Shown in pieces: positions 10,224 through 20,947 of a DNA stretch of 64,000 nt (positions within the stretch are counted from its first letter, which is position 1; every line of letters begins with the position of its first letter). Below the pieces are notes generated by a model, which made no database searches, was not told the origin of the DNA, and saw only the letters and a list, made by a program, of their open reading frames with translations. The stretch lies in contig JBAZWB010000001.1 in NCBI GenBank assembly GCA_041660605.1, positions 686,503-750,502 on the forward strand. The letters run 5' to 3'. The stretch comes from Patescibacteria group bacterium (GTDB lineage Bacteria; Patescibacteriota; Patescibacteriia; UBA10025; JAHIVO01). The position numbers and the translations under genes were made by a program.

Positions 10224-11953
10224 TCTTTTAACCGCGAAAATATATTATTAATGGTAAACGGTTCTCTTTCCAGGCGTATGTTTACTTCGCTTATTTTAAG
10301 AATCCGCTTCTTTTCCGGCAGGTCAGGCAGGCTAATAATAAAATTTATTAGCTTATCTTTGCCTTCATTTATATAAAGATACGGTGCGCTGACTTCCGCC
10401 GACGCCTCCAGCCAGTCTCCATTTACTACAGGTTTTTTATAATGCGCAATGATATAATCATAGTCATTAATGTTTTTTGTTTCGGCTACGTCTTTTATCT
10501 CCCCAACTCCGGAATCAAAATACTGCTCCTGGCTGAATGTGAAATTTCCATCACCTTCCAGGTAAATATCATTTTTTGGAGAAATAATCTTTGATAACGA
10601 CGGTTTATCAGTAATATTCACCTGATAGATAAACGATTTTATATCGACCGGTAATACTTGCTGATTAATCTGCAATAATTGCACGCCTGAGTCATTACTG
10701 GCCCTGGCCTTTATAAAATTGCTGTCTGTAAATAGAATAGTCTGGCTATATTGCTTATTGCCAAGGTATTTCGAGTATTCAGCATTTTCAGCTAGGTGAA
10801 TATGGTTTTTAAACACTATCAAATGCTGCGCTGTAGTAATTTTTTTTATCAAAATATCGTCCTGCACATCAGTTATCGCCAACCTATAAACACCCGCAGG
10901 CAAATTATTATCTGCTAAAATAACATTTATTTCAGGCGATATATCACCCGTGGCTGCTGGCTTTTCGGCATCTGGTGATTTCACTTCTTCAATTTTCCGG
11001 CCAATCGCATCATAAAGCGTAACCGTAAAATCATCAGTGCCTTCAGTTTGATTTATATCCTGAATAGTGAAGTTAAAATTCAACGGTTCTTTTTCGCCTA
11101 TATAAGTAACAATTTCATGACTCCCAATCAGGCTTTTGTCAAAAACCAAGGGCTGAGCTGAAGATTTATAACCTGCTAATGGCTTATTGGATAACATTGG
11201 ATAATTAAACTGCAACATCTTATCTGAATCAGGCGGGTCAGCCTGGAAGCCCCCAATTGTGCTATATTTTACCGCCGTTTTATTTTTTTCCAGCTCTTTG
11301 TAAATACCTGATAATTTGGCTTTATAATCTTGAGATGATACCGCACTCGATATTAAATTACTTTTTTGTTTTTCATCAAGCGCGCTGAAACCGGCGCCGT
11401 ACTTATCGATCAGCTGGATATTCAGCTCTTCGTCCAGCTTATTTTTCAATTTCAGATATTGATCATAGATCGCGATATCCTTCTGCCAAAGGACGGAACT
11501 GTCTTCCGATATTTGCGTCCAATACGCAGGCAATCCATCAAGCGTCGGGCTGGTCATCACCATATCCGCGTAATAATAAACGCCATTGCCTTGCTTAACC
11601 CCCAGCTTCATTTCTGGCTGGTTATTTGGATCCTGGTATTTGATAGTTACTTTTGCTTTGGTGAAGGCTCTGGGTACCGCCAGGTCGAAATACAACGGAG
11701 AAGTAGTTATCAACTCAAAATCATTTTCTGTGAGTGCGGGATTGCTTTTTCCGAATAATTTATTCGGTTCCTTGGAAGCAAAATTTCTTACTAGCGTAGG
11801 TTTATCTGTGACTTTATAATTGATGCTGAGTGCGCCAAAAGGAGCGAAGTTTTTTATTAACACAAAAAAAAGGCAAAAAATAATTCCAGCCCAAGCCAAT
11901 GCTTTTAATACATTGAAAATCACTTTAATTTTGCTGTTTGCGAATTCCGACAT
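10211..11953 (-). CDS. N-terminally anchored large extracytoplasmic protein of unknown function
   Basis: 580 aa. Single N-terminal TM (ALAWAGIIFCLFFVLI), then a long hydrophilic domain. Overlaps the downstream gene by 13 nt. Confidence 0.55.
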   Translation of the reverse strand: MSEFANSKIKVIFNVLKALAWAGIIFCLFFVLIKNFAPFGALSINYKVTDKPTLVRNFASKEPNKLFGKSNPALTENDFELITTSPLYFDLAVPRAFTKAKVTIKYQDPNNQPEMKLGVKQGNGVYYYADMVMTSPTLDGLPAYWTQISEDSSVLWQKDIAIYDQYLKLKNKLDEELNIQLIDKYGAGFSALDEKQKSNLISSAVSSQDYKAKLSGIYKELEKNKTAVKYSTIGGFQADPPDSDKMLQFNYPMLSNKPLAGYKSSAQPLVFDKSLIGSHEIVTYIGEKEPLNFNFTIQDINQTEGTDDFTVTLYDAIGRKIEEVKSPDAEKPAATGDISPEINVILADNNLPAGVYRLAITDVQDDILIKKITTAQHLIVFKNHIHLAENAEYSKYLGNKQYSQTILFTDSNFIKARASNDSGVQLLQINQQVLPVDIKSFIYQVNITDKPSLSKIISPKNDIYLEGDGNFTFSQEQYFDSGVGEIKDVAETKNINDYDYIIAHYKKPVVNGDWLEASAEVSAPYLYINEGKDKLINFIISLPDLPEKKRILKISEVNIRLEREPFTINNIFSRLKEWIK

Positions 11954-12039
11954 CTATCAATAATTAATTTTGCTAAACTTTTTTGTAAAGATATTTTAAC
12001 TAATTTCCGCATATTATACAAGACTCTGATTTTTAGTAA

Positions 12040-13707
12040 TTATAATATTTGATATAATATTTCGCCGTCTTGAAAATTATATTTTTCAATCACCTCATAA
12101 TTATTACTCTTCAAGGTCTTAAGTTCATCTACGCTTTTTTGATCCAGCACATTATAAAATAAATACACTGCAGTTAATTTTGACAAGTCATCGACTATTT
12201 TTTTCTGCTGATTCATGTCTGTAGGCAGATGAACAATGACTGGCCTCTCCGGAAATATTATTTTATCGGCAAAACCAGAAATGATTACCGAATTCGCCGG
12301 AGTCTGTTGTAATATTATTTTTCTATGCGATTCTGCCTCAACCATGCTTTTTTTGATGGCAAATAACCCCTGCAGAGAATCCATTAAAACCAAATTTATG
12401 GAAAATATCACCATTGAGCAGATTATTAATGCGGTAAATGTCTTAACAATAATTTTTTTTCTTATCATTTGCATCAGCCGTTCAATAATCATAATAATCA
12501 ACGGCAAGGCGAATATTAAGATGGGCAGCCAATATCGCAGGTATGAGGAGCCTAAAATTATTTTATTGGCATCAATATATTCGTTGAAGGAAAAAGATCC
12601 ATAATAAAAGAGCAGCCAAACTGATAACCAAACCCAAACATAGAAATAATTTTTAACGGTTGACGGCAGTTTTTTCGTATATTCACTGAGCTCAGGAAAA
12701 TATTTGATGAATTTTGGCAATAATAAATTTTTAATAACCCAAAATACACTTATAAACAGCAAAACAACCAGCCAGGGTAACAATTGAATAAAATAATTGT
12801 TGAAAGTAGTCAGGGATGAACTAAAATTTAATCCAAACGGAAAAACCAGTTTAATAAACGAATAAACCACGGAACTGGAGCCGCCGGCTGAAGAGTTTTC
12901 ATTTAACAGCGTCTCCGCATAACCGAAATTGGAAATACTGCCATACAACTGATGATTGAAATATAAAATCGGCGAAAAGACAATAACGGCGCTGACAAAA
13001 AATAATAGAACTTGCCCCCAATTTATTTTCCTGCGGTTAATAATCAATAAACTGATGATTATTACGCCTACCCAAAAAATTTCTGATGTTCGTGTTATCA
13101 GAGCTAATCCTAAAAAAATTCCCGCTAAAATTGCATTTAAATAATTAACAATTTTTTTATTTTGATTTGAGATGAAATTCAGGAAAAAATAGAAACCTAT
13201 TATCAACAAATCAATAAACAAAACATTGTGAAACATGCCACGGCTGTTGTAATACCAAAAGGGTGGCAGAATAAATAAAAATAATGAAGAAATAAAAGAT
13301 ATTTTATTTGAAAATATTTTTTTCAGCAATAAATAAAAAAATAAGACGCCTAATACAGAAAAAAACGGCGTTAAATAAATTATTATATTAGAACCGAAAA
13401 CTTTCGCGATTGAACCGAAGATTAAAATCAAGCCCAAAAAACTGGCGGGAACAATATTGCCATTTATGGCCATGGCATTTCTCGGCGTTATCGTATTATC
13501 CGCAGCAGTATTTAATGGCTCATAATGTTGCAGCGAACCAGTTTCACTGAATAATTTTGTATAGTAATAATTGACTGCTTCATCCGGAGAGGAAAATAAC
13601 GGATTGACGCTCAGATAAAGCCAGGAATATATGAAAACGAATAAAAACCCCAGGCACAGCAAAATTAAAGGTAATCGATATTTTTTGATCCAACCGAGAA
13701 AATTCAT
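12040..13707 (-). CDS. GT-C-fold (PMT/ArnT-like) polytopic membrane glycosyltransferase candidate
   Basis: 555 aa, ~11 predicted TM helices. An acidic motif follows TM1 directly in the first extracytoplasmic loop (LFSSPDEAVNYYY), as in GT39/GT83 enzymes. Confidence 0.5.
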   Translation of the reverse strand: MNFLGWIKKYRLPLILLCLGFLFVFIYSWLYLSVNPLFSSPDEAVNYYYTKLFSETGSLQHYEPLNTAADNTITPRNAMAINGNIVPASFLGLILIFGSIAKVFGSNIIIYLTPFFSVLGVLFFYLLLKKIFSNKISFISSLFLFILPPFWYYNSRGMFHNVLFIDLLIIGFYFFLNFISNQNKKIVNYLNAILAGIFLGLALITRTSEIFWVGVIIISLLIINRRKINWGQVLLFFVSAVIVFSPILYFNHQLYGSISNFGYAETLLNENSSAGGSSSVVYSFIKLVFPFGLNFSSSLTTFNNYFIQLLPWLVVLLFISVFWVIKNLLLPKFIKYFPELSEYTKKLPSTVKNYFYVWVWLSVWLLFYYGSFSFNEYIDANKIILGSSYLRYWLPILIFALPLIIMIIERLMQMIRKKIIVKTFTALIICSMVIFSINLVLMDSLQGLFAIKKSMVEAESHRKIILQQTPANSVIISGFADKIIFPERPVIVHLPTDMNQQKKIVDDLSKLTAVYLFYNVLDQKSVDELKTLKSNNYEVIEKYNFQDGEILYQIL

Positions 13708-13822
13708 AAATTTGCCTCAATTATAGCATTTCGCAGCCTCTTTTCAAAACAGCCCATTTTTGTTATGATAAAAACTGATAATTTAGAAAATTGCCAGATA
13801 AATTTCGGTAATTTAGTATTTT

Positions 13823-15070
13823 ATGAATATTTGCATTTACGAGGACTCTGACCACGAAAAATTATATCCACTTGCCCTCACTAGACCGGTTTTTGATTTA
13901 AAATTCGGTTTTTTTACTTTATTGCAAAGATTGCTGAAATCAATTAAAACCACCGAAAAATTGCGAACTTCACTACTTTGCCGTGATTATCTGAAAAACA
14001 GAGTCAAAAAAGAAAATCCATCGGCTGCGATAAATAAAATTAATAAGGATCTGACTATTTTTTTAAACGGCCGGATGATATTAAGGGAGTCATTATTACG
14101 AAAATTAATTTCCTTAAAAAAGGATGCGATATTCGTAGATAATCAGATGATAATAGCGGCAAGACTGTCAGATGAAAATTTAAAACAAATTGACGTCAAG
14201 AATCCCGGAGAATCATTGAAAAAAATCAGAGCTCCAAGAATTAAAGTTAAGGCTCAGTTGATTGCCCATCTTTGGGAATTAATAACATTCAATGAGAAAT
14301 TTCTGGCCGATGATCTAAAGAACACCGGACTGCTGGGAAAAATCGAAGGCAATGTTTATCCTGGCGTTGACTATATTGAAAAAAAGAATATTTACATTGC
14401 AAAAAAATCCGTCATCAAATCCGGAACCGTGCTGGACGCTGAAAACGGGCCAATTTATATAGATGAATCAGCAATTATTGAACCGAATTGCACTATTGTC
14501 GGCCCGGCCTATATAGGAAAGAGTACAAAAATAAACGCCGGTGCCAAAATTCTTGCCAACACTTCGATCGGAGACTATTGCAGAATCGGCGGCGAAGTTG
14601 CTGAATCAATTTTTTATGGATATTCTAATAAACAGCACGACGGTTTTATCGGTCATTCGTACGTCGGTGAATGGTGCAATCTGGGCGCCAACACTAACAA
14701 CAGCGATTTAAAGAATAATTACTCCCCTATTGATATTGTTGAAAACGGAAAAAAGGTTAATACCGGCTTAATTCATTTTGGCTTTGTCATGGGCGATCAT
14801 TCAAAAACCGGCATCAGTACTATGATTAACAGCGGAACGGTAATAGGCGCTGGATGCAATCTTTATGGCGCTGGCTACCTCCCAAAATATCTCCCATCAT
14901 TCACTTGGCTGGATAATGGAAAAACTCCGGTTACTTACAATTTTTTAAAATTTTCCAAAACTGCCCACCTTGTTTGTCAAAGGCGTAAAAGTAAATTTTA
15001 TAAAACTGACGAAGCGATATTTTCAAACATTTTCAAACTAACCAAGATGGAAAGGGCTGATTATAAGTAG
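13823..15070 (+). CDS. sugar-phosphate nucleotidyltransferase with a C-terminal left-handed beta-helix (hexapeptide-repeat) domain, GlmU-like
   Basis: 415 aa. The C-terminal half is rich in [LIV]-G-x4 hexapeptide repeats (IGKSTKINAGAKILANTSIGDYCRIGGEVAESIF...). It is the first gene of the glycan locus. Confidence 0.65.
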   Translation: MNICIYEDSDHEKLYPLALTRPVFDLKFGFFTLLQRLLKSIKTTEKLRTSLLCRDYLKNRVKKENPSAAINKINKDLTIFLNGRMILRESLLRKLISLKKDAIFVDNQMIIAARLSDENLKQIDVKNPGESLKKIRAPRIKVKAQLIAHLWELITFNEKFLADDLKNTGLLGKIEGNVYPGVDYIEKKNIYIAKKSVIKSGTVLDAENGPIYIDESAIIEPNCTIVGPAYIGKSTKINAGAKILANTSIGDYCRIGGEVAESIFYGYSNKQHDGFIGHSYVGEWCNLGANTNNSDLKNNYSPIDIVENGKKVNTGLIHFGFVMGDHSKTGISTMINSGTVIGAGCNLYGAGYLPKYLPSFTWLDNGKTPVTYNFLKFSKTAHLVCQRRKSKFYKTDEAIFSNIFKLTKMERADYK

Positions 15071-15082
15071 TTGATAATTTAC

Positions 15083-15174
15083 CACGAATTTAGAATCACG
15101 AATCAACACGAATTCTCACAAACAAACGTTAGTAAAAATTCAAATTAGTGTAGATTAGTGGAAATAGATTAGTG
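15083..15174. promoter_or_regulatory. 92-bp dyad-symmetric element. It has three CACGAAT half-sites (15083, 15097, 15107) mirrored by three ATTAGTG half-sites (15144, 15154, 15168).
   Basis: Read directly. Half-site spacing is 14 and 10 bp on the left arm and 10 and 14 bp on the right arm, symmetric about ~15128. ATTAGTG is the reverse complement of CACTAAT, one mismatch from CACGAAT. The element sits immediately upstream of the epimerase start at 15195. Confidence 0.4.
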
Positions 15175-15194
15175 GTAATTAACACACAAATAAC

Positions 15195-16157
15195 ATGAAA
15201 AATGTATTAGTAACAGGTGGCGCCGGTTTTATAGGTTCGCATGTTGCAAAAAAACTGCTTGAACGCGGTGATCAGGTTATTATAGTTGATAATTTTAATG
15301 ATTATTATGATCCCAGCCTGAAAGAAGACCGTATAAAAATCTTGCTAAAAGACTTAAGTTTCAAGCTATACCGGACCGACATCGTAAATCTGGATGACCT
15401 GAAAAAAATATTTCAGAAAAACAAAATCGATGAAATCTGCCACCTAGCCGCCAGAGCCGGCGTACGTGCCTCTATTGCCAATCCCTTTATCTATCAGCAA
15501 TCCAATGACTTAGGAACTCTCAATCTTTTAGAGCTGGCGAAGGATTTTAAGATAAAGGATTTTGTCTTTGCTTCCAGCTCTTCGGTCTATGGAGGCAATG
15601 CCAAAATCCCATTCTCTGAATCAGATCCGGTTGACCATCCAATCTCCCCCTATGCGGCTACTAAAAAAGCTACGGAGGTTATGGCGCATGTCTATCACCA
15701 CTTATACGGCATTAACTGCACTGCCTTGCGATTTTTCACTGTTTGCGGTCCTTGGGGCAGGCCGGATATGGCTTTGTTCAAATTTACAGAAAAAATATTA
15801 GGCGGTAAACCAATTGATGTTTATAACAATGGAGACCATGAGCGGGACTTCACCTATATTGATGATATTGTTCAGGGTGTTGTGGCCGCGTTAGATAACC
15901 CTTTTCCATATGAAATAATTAATCTTGGTAATTCGCATACTGTAAATCTCAAGTATTTCATTGAATTAATTGAAAAGGAATTAAACAAAAAAGCAAAAAA
16001 GAACATGGTACCTTTGCAAGCTGGTGATGTGCACAAAACACACGCCGATATCAGTAAAGCCAAGAGATTGCTGGGATTTGAGCCCAAAACTAACATCGAA
16101 AAAACCGTTCATAATTTTATTAATTGGTATAAACAATATTATGGAATCAAAAATTAA
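15195..16157 (+). CDS. NAD-dependent epimerase/dehydratase, UDP-glucuronate 4-epimerase-like (extended SDR family)
   Basis: 320 aa. VLVTGGAGFIGSHVAKKLLERGDQVIIVDNF and YAATKKATEVMAHVY (YxxxK). Confidence 0.8.
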   Translation: MKNVLVTGGAGFIGSHVAKKLLERGDQVIIVDNFNDYYDPSLKEDRIKILLKDLSFKLYRTDIVNLDDLKKIFQKNKIDEICHLAARAGVRASIANPFIYQQSNDLGTLNLLELAKDFKIKDFVFASSSSVYGGNAKIPFSESDPVDHPISPYAATKKATEVMAHVYHHLYGINCTALRFFTVCGPWGRPDMALFKFTEKILGGKPIDVYNNGDHERDFTYIDDIVQGVVAALDNPFPYEIINLGNSHTVNLKYFIELIEKELNKKAKKNMVPLQAGDVHKTHADISKAKRLLGFEPKTNIEKTVHNFINWYKQYYGIKN

Positions 16158-17079
16158 GTACTCAATAGTTATCCCGGCATATAACGAGCAGGACGCTGTC
16201 GGTCCCCTACATCAAGAGATTAAAAACGCTATGGAAAAAATCGGTGATCCCTATGAAATCATTTTTATTGATGATGGTTCGTCTGACAAAACTTTTGAAC
16301 GGCTTAATTCTTTGATGCCCGTTAAAATCGTCAAGTTCAGAAAAAATTTCGGCCAGACGGCGGCGCTTGATGCCGGCATAAAAAATTCCCTGGGCGAAGT
16401 AATAATAATGCTGGACGCTGACGGCCAGAATCCTCCCTCGGAAATACCCAAGCTATTGGAAAAAATGAAAGAAGGATATGACGTTGTCTCCGGCTGGCGT
16501 TCAAAAAGAAAGGATACTTCAGCAAAAAAATTTGTTTCACGCGGTGCCAACCTTCTCAGGAAATTACTGGTTAATGACCAAATCCATGATTCCGGCTGTA
16601 CGCTGAAAGCCTATAAAAAAGAATGTTTCGAAGATATAGATCTGCAGGGGGAAATGCACAGATTCATCCCTGCCATTTTGCGCTGGCATGGTTTTAAAGT
16701 TACTGAAGTGCCTGTGGAACACCGCGCCAGGACTACAGGTACCACAAAATATAACTGGAAAAGAATATTGAAAGGCTTCATCGATATGATGTCCGTCTGG
16801 TTCTGGAGAAAATATTCAAATCGACCACTGCATCTTTTTGGCGGTCTGGGAATATTTATTGGTGGCACAGGGTTTGCTCTTGGATTATTCTTAGCGATTG
16901 GCCGTTTATTAGGATTATTTTCTCTGCAAAACAGGATTTGGCCTTTGGTAGCCGTATTTTTGATATTAGCCGGTATGCAGCTCTTTGTTTCAGGATTACT
17001 GGCTGACATTGCCGTAAAATCATATTACAGCGGGAAAAGAAGAGTTTACTACATTGAAAAAGTCATTTCCAGAGAATGA
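16141..17079 (+). CDS. GT2 glycosyltransferase, DPM1/ArnC-like polyprenyl-phosphate sugar synthase with C-terminal TM helices
   Basis: The start was refined to ATG at 16141 (MESKIKYSIVIPAYNEQDAV...), overlapping the epimerase stop. DAD motif (IIMLDADGQNPP) and two C-terminal TM helices, as in dolichol-P-mannose/undecaprenyl-P-sugar synthases. Confidence 0.8.
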   Translation: MESKIKYSIVIPAYNEQDAVGPLHQEIKNAMEKIGDPYEIIFIDDGSSDKTFERLNSLMPVKIVKFRKNFGQTAALDAGIKNSLGEVIIMLDADGQNPPSEIPKLLEKMKEGYDVVSGWRSKRKDTSAKKFVSRGANLLRKLLVNDQIHDSGCTLKAYKKECFEDIDLQGEMHRFIPAILRWHGFKVTEVPVEHRARTTGTTKYNWKRILKGFIDMMSVWFWRKYSNRPLHLFGGLGIFIGGTGFALGLFLAIGRLLGLFSLQNRIWPLVAVFLILAGMQLFVSGLLADIAVKSYYSGKRRVYYIEKVISRE

Positions 17080-18203
17080 AAATTTTGCTGCTAAATTATG
17101 AATTTCCACCACTAGGCGGCGGTGCCAGTCCGGTTAGCTATGATATTGCTCTCCGGCTATCCACGATCGGTAAATTCGATATTGACGTGGTTACTATGCA
17201 CTACCGCGGTCTGCCAAGAAAGGAAATTATTAACGAACATTTCACAATTTACCGGGTACCTTCGTGGCGCGCAAAAAAAGAAATTTGCCACCCCTGGGAG
17301 CAATTAACCTATCTGATCAGTGGTTTTTTCAAATGTCTTTCTCTCATCCACAAAAACAAATATAACCTTTGCTATTGCCATTTCATTATTCCCACCGGCG
17401 TTTTGGCGTATTTGTTAAAAATCTTATTTAAGCTCCCCTATATCATTACCAGCCATGGCAGCGATGTTATTAAATACAATCCCAGATTTAAAAGGATCTA
17501 TCCTCTGATTACCGGAGTTTGGAAAACGATTTTGAAAAATTCATTAATTATAACTACCCCATCAATTTTTTTGGCTAGGCAGATAAAAAATGTTTATCCA
17601 AAACTTGATTCAAACAAAATAAAAATTATTCCAAACGGTATAGAAAAAAATAAATTTTCTCCATTAAAAAAGGAAAAAACTATTTTACTAGTCACCAGAA
17701 TATTATTAAATAAAGGCGTCCAAGTTGTATTGGAAGCGGTAAAAGGAACTAACATAAATGATTGGAACATAATTATTGTAGGCGAAGGACCAGCACGAAA
17801 ACAGCTTGAAATATTAACTAGACATTATAAACTAGATAAAAAAGTTACCTTTTTAGGTTGGGTAAAAAATCCCAGTGAAAAACTACGAAATTTATATGGA
17901 AGCGCATCAATATTTGTCTTGCCTAGCTTTTTTGAAAATATGAATGTCACACTTTTAGAAGCAATGGCTTCTGGTTGTGCAATTCTAGCTACAAATGTAG
18001 GTGGTAATCCAGAAGTAATAGGGAGTGCTGGTATTCTTTTTTCACCAAGAAATCCTGCTGAACTAAGAAAAAAATTGCTAGATTTAATTAATAATGAAAA
18101 AAACCTTTCACTTTTCAAGCAGGCTTCTCGCATAAGATTTGAAAAATATTTTTCTTGGGAAATCATAATTCAAGAATACTTAAATGTTTTTTGTGAAAAA
18201 TAA
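17076..18203 (+). CDS. GT4 glycosyltransferase
   Basis: 375 aa. N-terminal LLLNYEFPPLGGGA and C-terminal E-x7-E region (FENMNVTLLEAMASGCAILATNVGGNPEVI). Confidence 0.8.
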   Translation: MKILLLNYEFPPLGGGASPVSYDIALRLSTIGKFDIDVVTMHYRGLPRKEIINEHFTIYRVPSWRAKKEICHPWEQLTYLISGFFKCLSLIHKNKYNLCYCHFIIPTGVLAYLLKILFKLPYIITSHGSDVIKYNPRFKRIYPLITGVWKTILKNSLIITTPSIFLARQIKNVYPKLDSNKIKIIPNGIEKNKFSPLKKEKTILLVTRILLNKGVQVVLEAVKGTNINDWNIIIVGEGPARKQLEILTRHYKLDKKVTFLGWVKNPSEKLRNLYGSASIFVLPSFFENMNVTLLEAMASGCAILATNVGGNPEVIGSAGILFSPRNPAELRKKLLDLINNEKNLSLFKQASRIRFEKYFSWEIIIQEYLNVFCEK

Positions 18204-19089
18204 TATTACGGACATTTCTATTGAATCTCAAATGAAAAACAAAATCTCTGACTATTTTTCATCAAAAGTTCTTCAATTAAAATTATTAAGGGAAACAGAT
18301 GTCTCGTATCTTTATCTGGCTGAACTAAGTAATATTAAAATTTTAGCAAAACAATATAAAAATATATCTATCAAGCACGAATATGAAAACCAATTATATA
18401 TATATACTATTATAAATGACCATTATCAGAATAAATTATTCAGGGTACCACGACCATTCTTTTTTTCTGAATCCGAAAATTTTTTCACTATGGAATATAT
18501 TCCCGATGCTAAAAACTTTTTAGATTTGCTGTTTATTCTTCCTCTTAATCAGGTACAACAACTGTCTCAAAAGGTAGGGCTTGCCTTATATGAATATCAT
18601 GTGTTACTCACGAAGTACCTAAGCCAGAAAAAAAAATCTATTTATACGGGTGATTCAATGCAGGAACTTTTCAAAACAAAAAAGGGATCTACTATTAAAA
18701 AAATTATAGACAAATTCCCGGAAAATACGACGTCAGTAATTTACAGGGATTTTACGCCAACTAATATAATGTTCCGCAACGATGAAATATATTTTATTGA
18801 TTTTCAAACGATTTGCTATACTGGCCCCTTTTTTTATGACTTAGCGCGTTTTCAAGATGTTACTAGAATATTTAGTTTTTTGAAGCATCCGTTCTCTTAT
18901 CTTTATCATAGAAAAACAATATTAATGATTCTAGACCAAATAGTACAGGGGTATAATGAAAAAAAATATGTTGATAGAAATTTATTAAAAATGGCATCCT
19001 TTATCCATCACAAAGAACATGCAATCATGAAGAATAAAAATAAATTTAATAAGTACATATTAAAGTTTTTATATTTAATTAATATTTAA
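18184..19089 (+). CDS. protein-kinase-like (aminoglycoside/choline-kinase fold) phosphotransferase
   Basis: 301 aa. Catalytic-loop-like YRDFTPTNIMF and DFG-like IYFIDFQ plus FFYDLARF. Weak but consistent with the APH/ChoK family. The true start may be the internal Met at ~18232. Confidence 0.45.
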   Translation: MFFVKNNITDISIESQMKNKISDYFSSKVLQLKLLRETDVSYLYLAELSNIKILAKQYKNISIKHEYENQLYIYTIINDHYQNKLFRVPRPFFFSESENFFTMEYIPDAKNFLDLLFILPLNQVQQLSQKVGLALYEYHVLLTKYLSQKKKSIYTGDSMQELFKTKKGSTIKKIIDKFPENTTSVIYRDFTPTNIMFRNDEIYFIDFQTICYTGPFFYDLARFQDVTRIFSFLKHPFSYLYHRKTILMILDQIVQGYNEKKYVDRNLLKMASFIHHKEHAIMKNKNKFNKYILKFLYLINI

Positions 19090-19091
19090 AT

Positions 19092-19847
19092 ATGGTAAAT
19101 AAAAGCTATCGTGACGGATTTATGACTGGCGCAACTAGCTACGAATCTATTACTGCGCGCAAACACATTTCACTAATATATAAACTGGAGCAGGATATTT
19201 TAAGCGATTTTTTCAAAAAGATTAATTCACATTCAAAAACTGTGCTTGATTTTGCGTGCGGCACTGGTCGGTGGACAATGTTTTTAGAAAAATATTTTCA
19301 TAAGGTTACCGGACTTGATATTTCCCCTAAGATGATTGAATTGGCTCAACAAAAATGTAAACAAACCAATTTTTATGTAGATGACATTACTGGCGATAAA
19401 AATGCTAATCTACACTTTAATGATGCTTTTGATGTTTTAACGGCTTTTAGATTTTATAAAAATGCGGAAAATGAACTACAAATAAACGCCACTAGAAGCT
19501 TACAAAAATTAGTCAAAAAAGGAGGATATTTTATATTTGATTTGCATTTAAATACATTTTCAATTATGGGTTTAATTGCATGTTTCATTAGAATAACCCA
19601 ATTATATAAATTGCTAAAAATAAATCCGCTAGCCGTTCGTACTATCTCACTTAGAAGAATTAGAAAAATATTTAAACATAGTGATTTCGAAATAATCGAT
19701 TATTTTGGGATGGGAATAGTACCCGGAAGACGAAATTTTACTTTATTACCGACTTCAACGTTAATGCCGTTTGAACGGTGGTTAAGCCAGCATAAAATAT
19801 TAAGAAATTTTTGCTATAATTTACTGGTGTTCGCTCAAAAAAAATAA
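19092..19847 (+). CDS. class I SAM-dependent methyltransferase
   Basis: 251 aa. Motif I VLDFACGTGRWTMFL, motif post-I GLDISPKMI, and LTAFRFY. Confidence 0.8.
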   Translation: MVNKSYRDGFMTGATSYESITARKHISLIYKLEQDILSDFFKKINSHSKTVLDFACGTGRWTMFLEKYFHKVTGLDISPKMIELAQQKCKQTNFYVDDITGDKNANLHFNDAFDVLTAFRFYKNAENELQINATRSLQKLVKKGGYFIFDLHLNTFSIMGLIACFIRITQLYKLLKINPLAVRTISLRRIRKIFKHSDFEIIDYFGMGIVPGRRNFTLLPTSTLMPFERWLSQHKILRNFCYNLLVFAQKK

Positions 19848-19852
19848 TTTTT

Positions 19853-20947
19853 ATGAATATTTTACATTTAATTGATCATGTCGGATATGGCGGTACTCAA
19901 ACAATTCTCAAAGAAATATTTGAAAATCAAATTAATGATAAAAGCATCTTCTATTATGCATTACGCAATAATGCAACTGCACATGTTGACATACATCATA
20001 ATAATGTTTTATTTTGTTCAAGTTATTCGAAATTCTCCCTTAAGCCATTGTTCGAAATATGCGGACTCGTAAAGAAATATAATATTCAGATACTTCATTG
20101 CCATCTTTTTAGATCACAGGTATTTGGCTGGTTAATCAAAAAATTCTTTAATCACCGACTATGCCTTGTTTTTCATGAACATGGCGAAATATTTAGAAAA
20201 AAATGGTGGTTTATTTTTTTTCTCAAAATAGCTAAACTCGATATTAATGGCTGGATAGCTGTTTCAGCCGCGACAAAAACAAAACTGATTGAAACTTCAA
20301 ATATACCTGCAAAAAAAATTTTTGTTCTTTATAACTTTGCTAATAGCAATAAATTTAATGAAAAAAATCTGCGTAATCTCAACAGATTTCAAATCAGATC
20401 AAATTATCAAATTCCTCAAACCGATTTTGTCATTGGATTTCTGGGACGCTTAGATGAAATAAAATCGCTACCAACATTAATAAAAGCTCTGCCATTATTA
20501 AAATTCCCATTTGTAACGATAGTGGTAGGACAAGGACCAGAACATCAACCATTAGTTACCTTAGCAGAAAAACTAAACATAAAAGATAAAATCCGATTTA
20601 TAAATTTCCAAAAAGATGTTCTGTTAATATATTCTATAATAGACATCCTTGTACTGCCTTCACGTTCCGAAGCAAGCCCAATGATATTTTATGAAAGTCA
20701 AATGCTAGGCGTCCCCATAATCGCAAGTGATGTACCAGCATTAAATGAACTTATACGTGACGGTGAAAATGGTTCACTTTTTCAGTATCAAAATAGTAAA
20801 ATGTTAGCTCAAAAAATCACTAAATTTTATTTAAATAAATCATTTTTGGTGCATATTAAAAAAAATTCTTTGATAAACGGAAAAAAATTTACTATTTCAA
20901 ATTTTATTAAGAATCTGAACGCAATTTATGAGCAAATCCAATCGTGA
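19853..20947 (+). CDS. GT4 glycosyltransferase
   Basis: 364 aa. C-terminal SRSEASPMIFYESQMLGVPIIASDVPALNELI (E-x7-E-like). Confidence 0.75.
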   Translation: MNILHLIDHVGYGGTQTILKEIFENQINDKSIFYYALRNNATAHVDIHHNNVLFCSSYSKFSLKPLFEICGLVKKYNIQILHCHLFRSQVFGWLIKKFFNHRLCLVFHEHGEIFRKKWWFIFFLKIAKLDINGWIAVSAATKTKLIETSNIPAKKIFVLYNFANSNKFNEKNLRNLNRFQIRSNYQIPQTDFVIGFLGRLDEIKSLPTLIKALPLLKFPFVTIVVGQGPEHQPLVTLAEKLNIKDKIRFINFQKDVLLIYSIIDILVLPSRSEASPMIFYESQMLGVPIIASDVPALNELIRDGENGSLFQYQNSKMLAQKITKFYLNKSFLVHIKKNSLINGKKFTISNFIKNLNAIYEQIQS

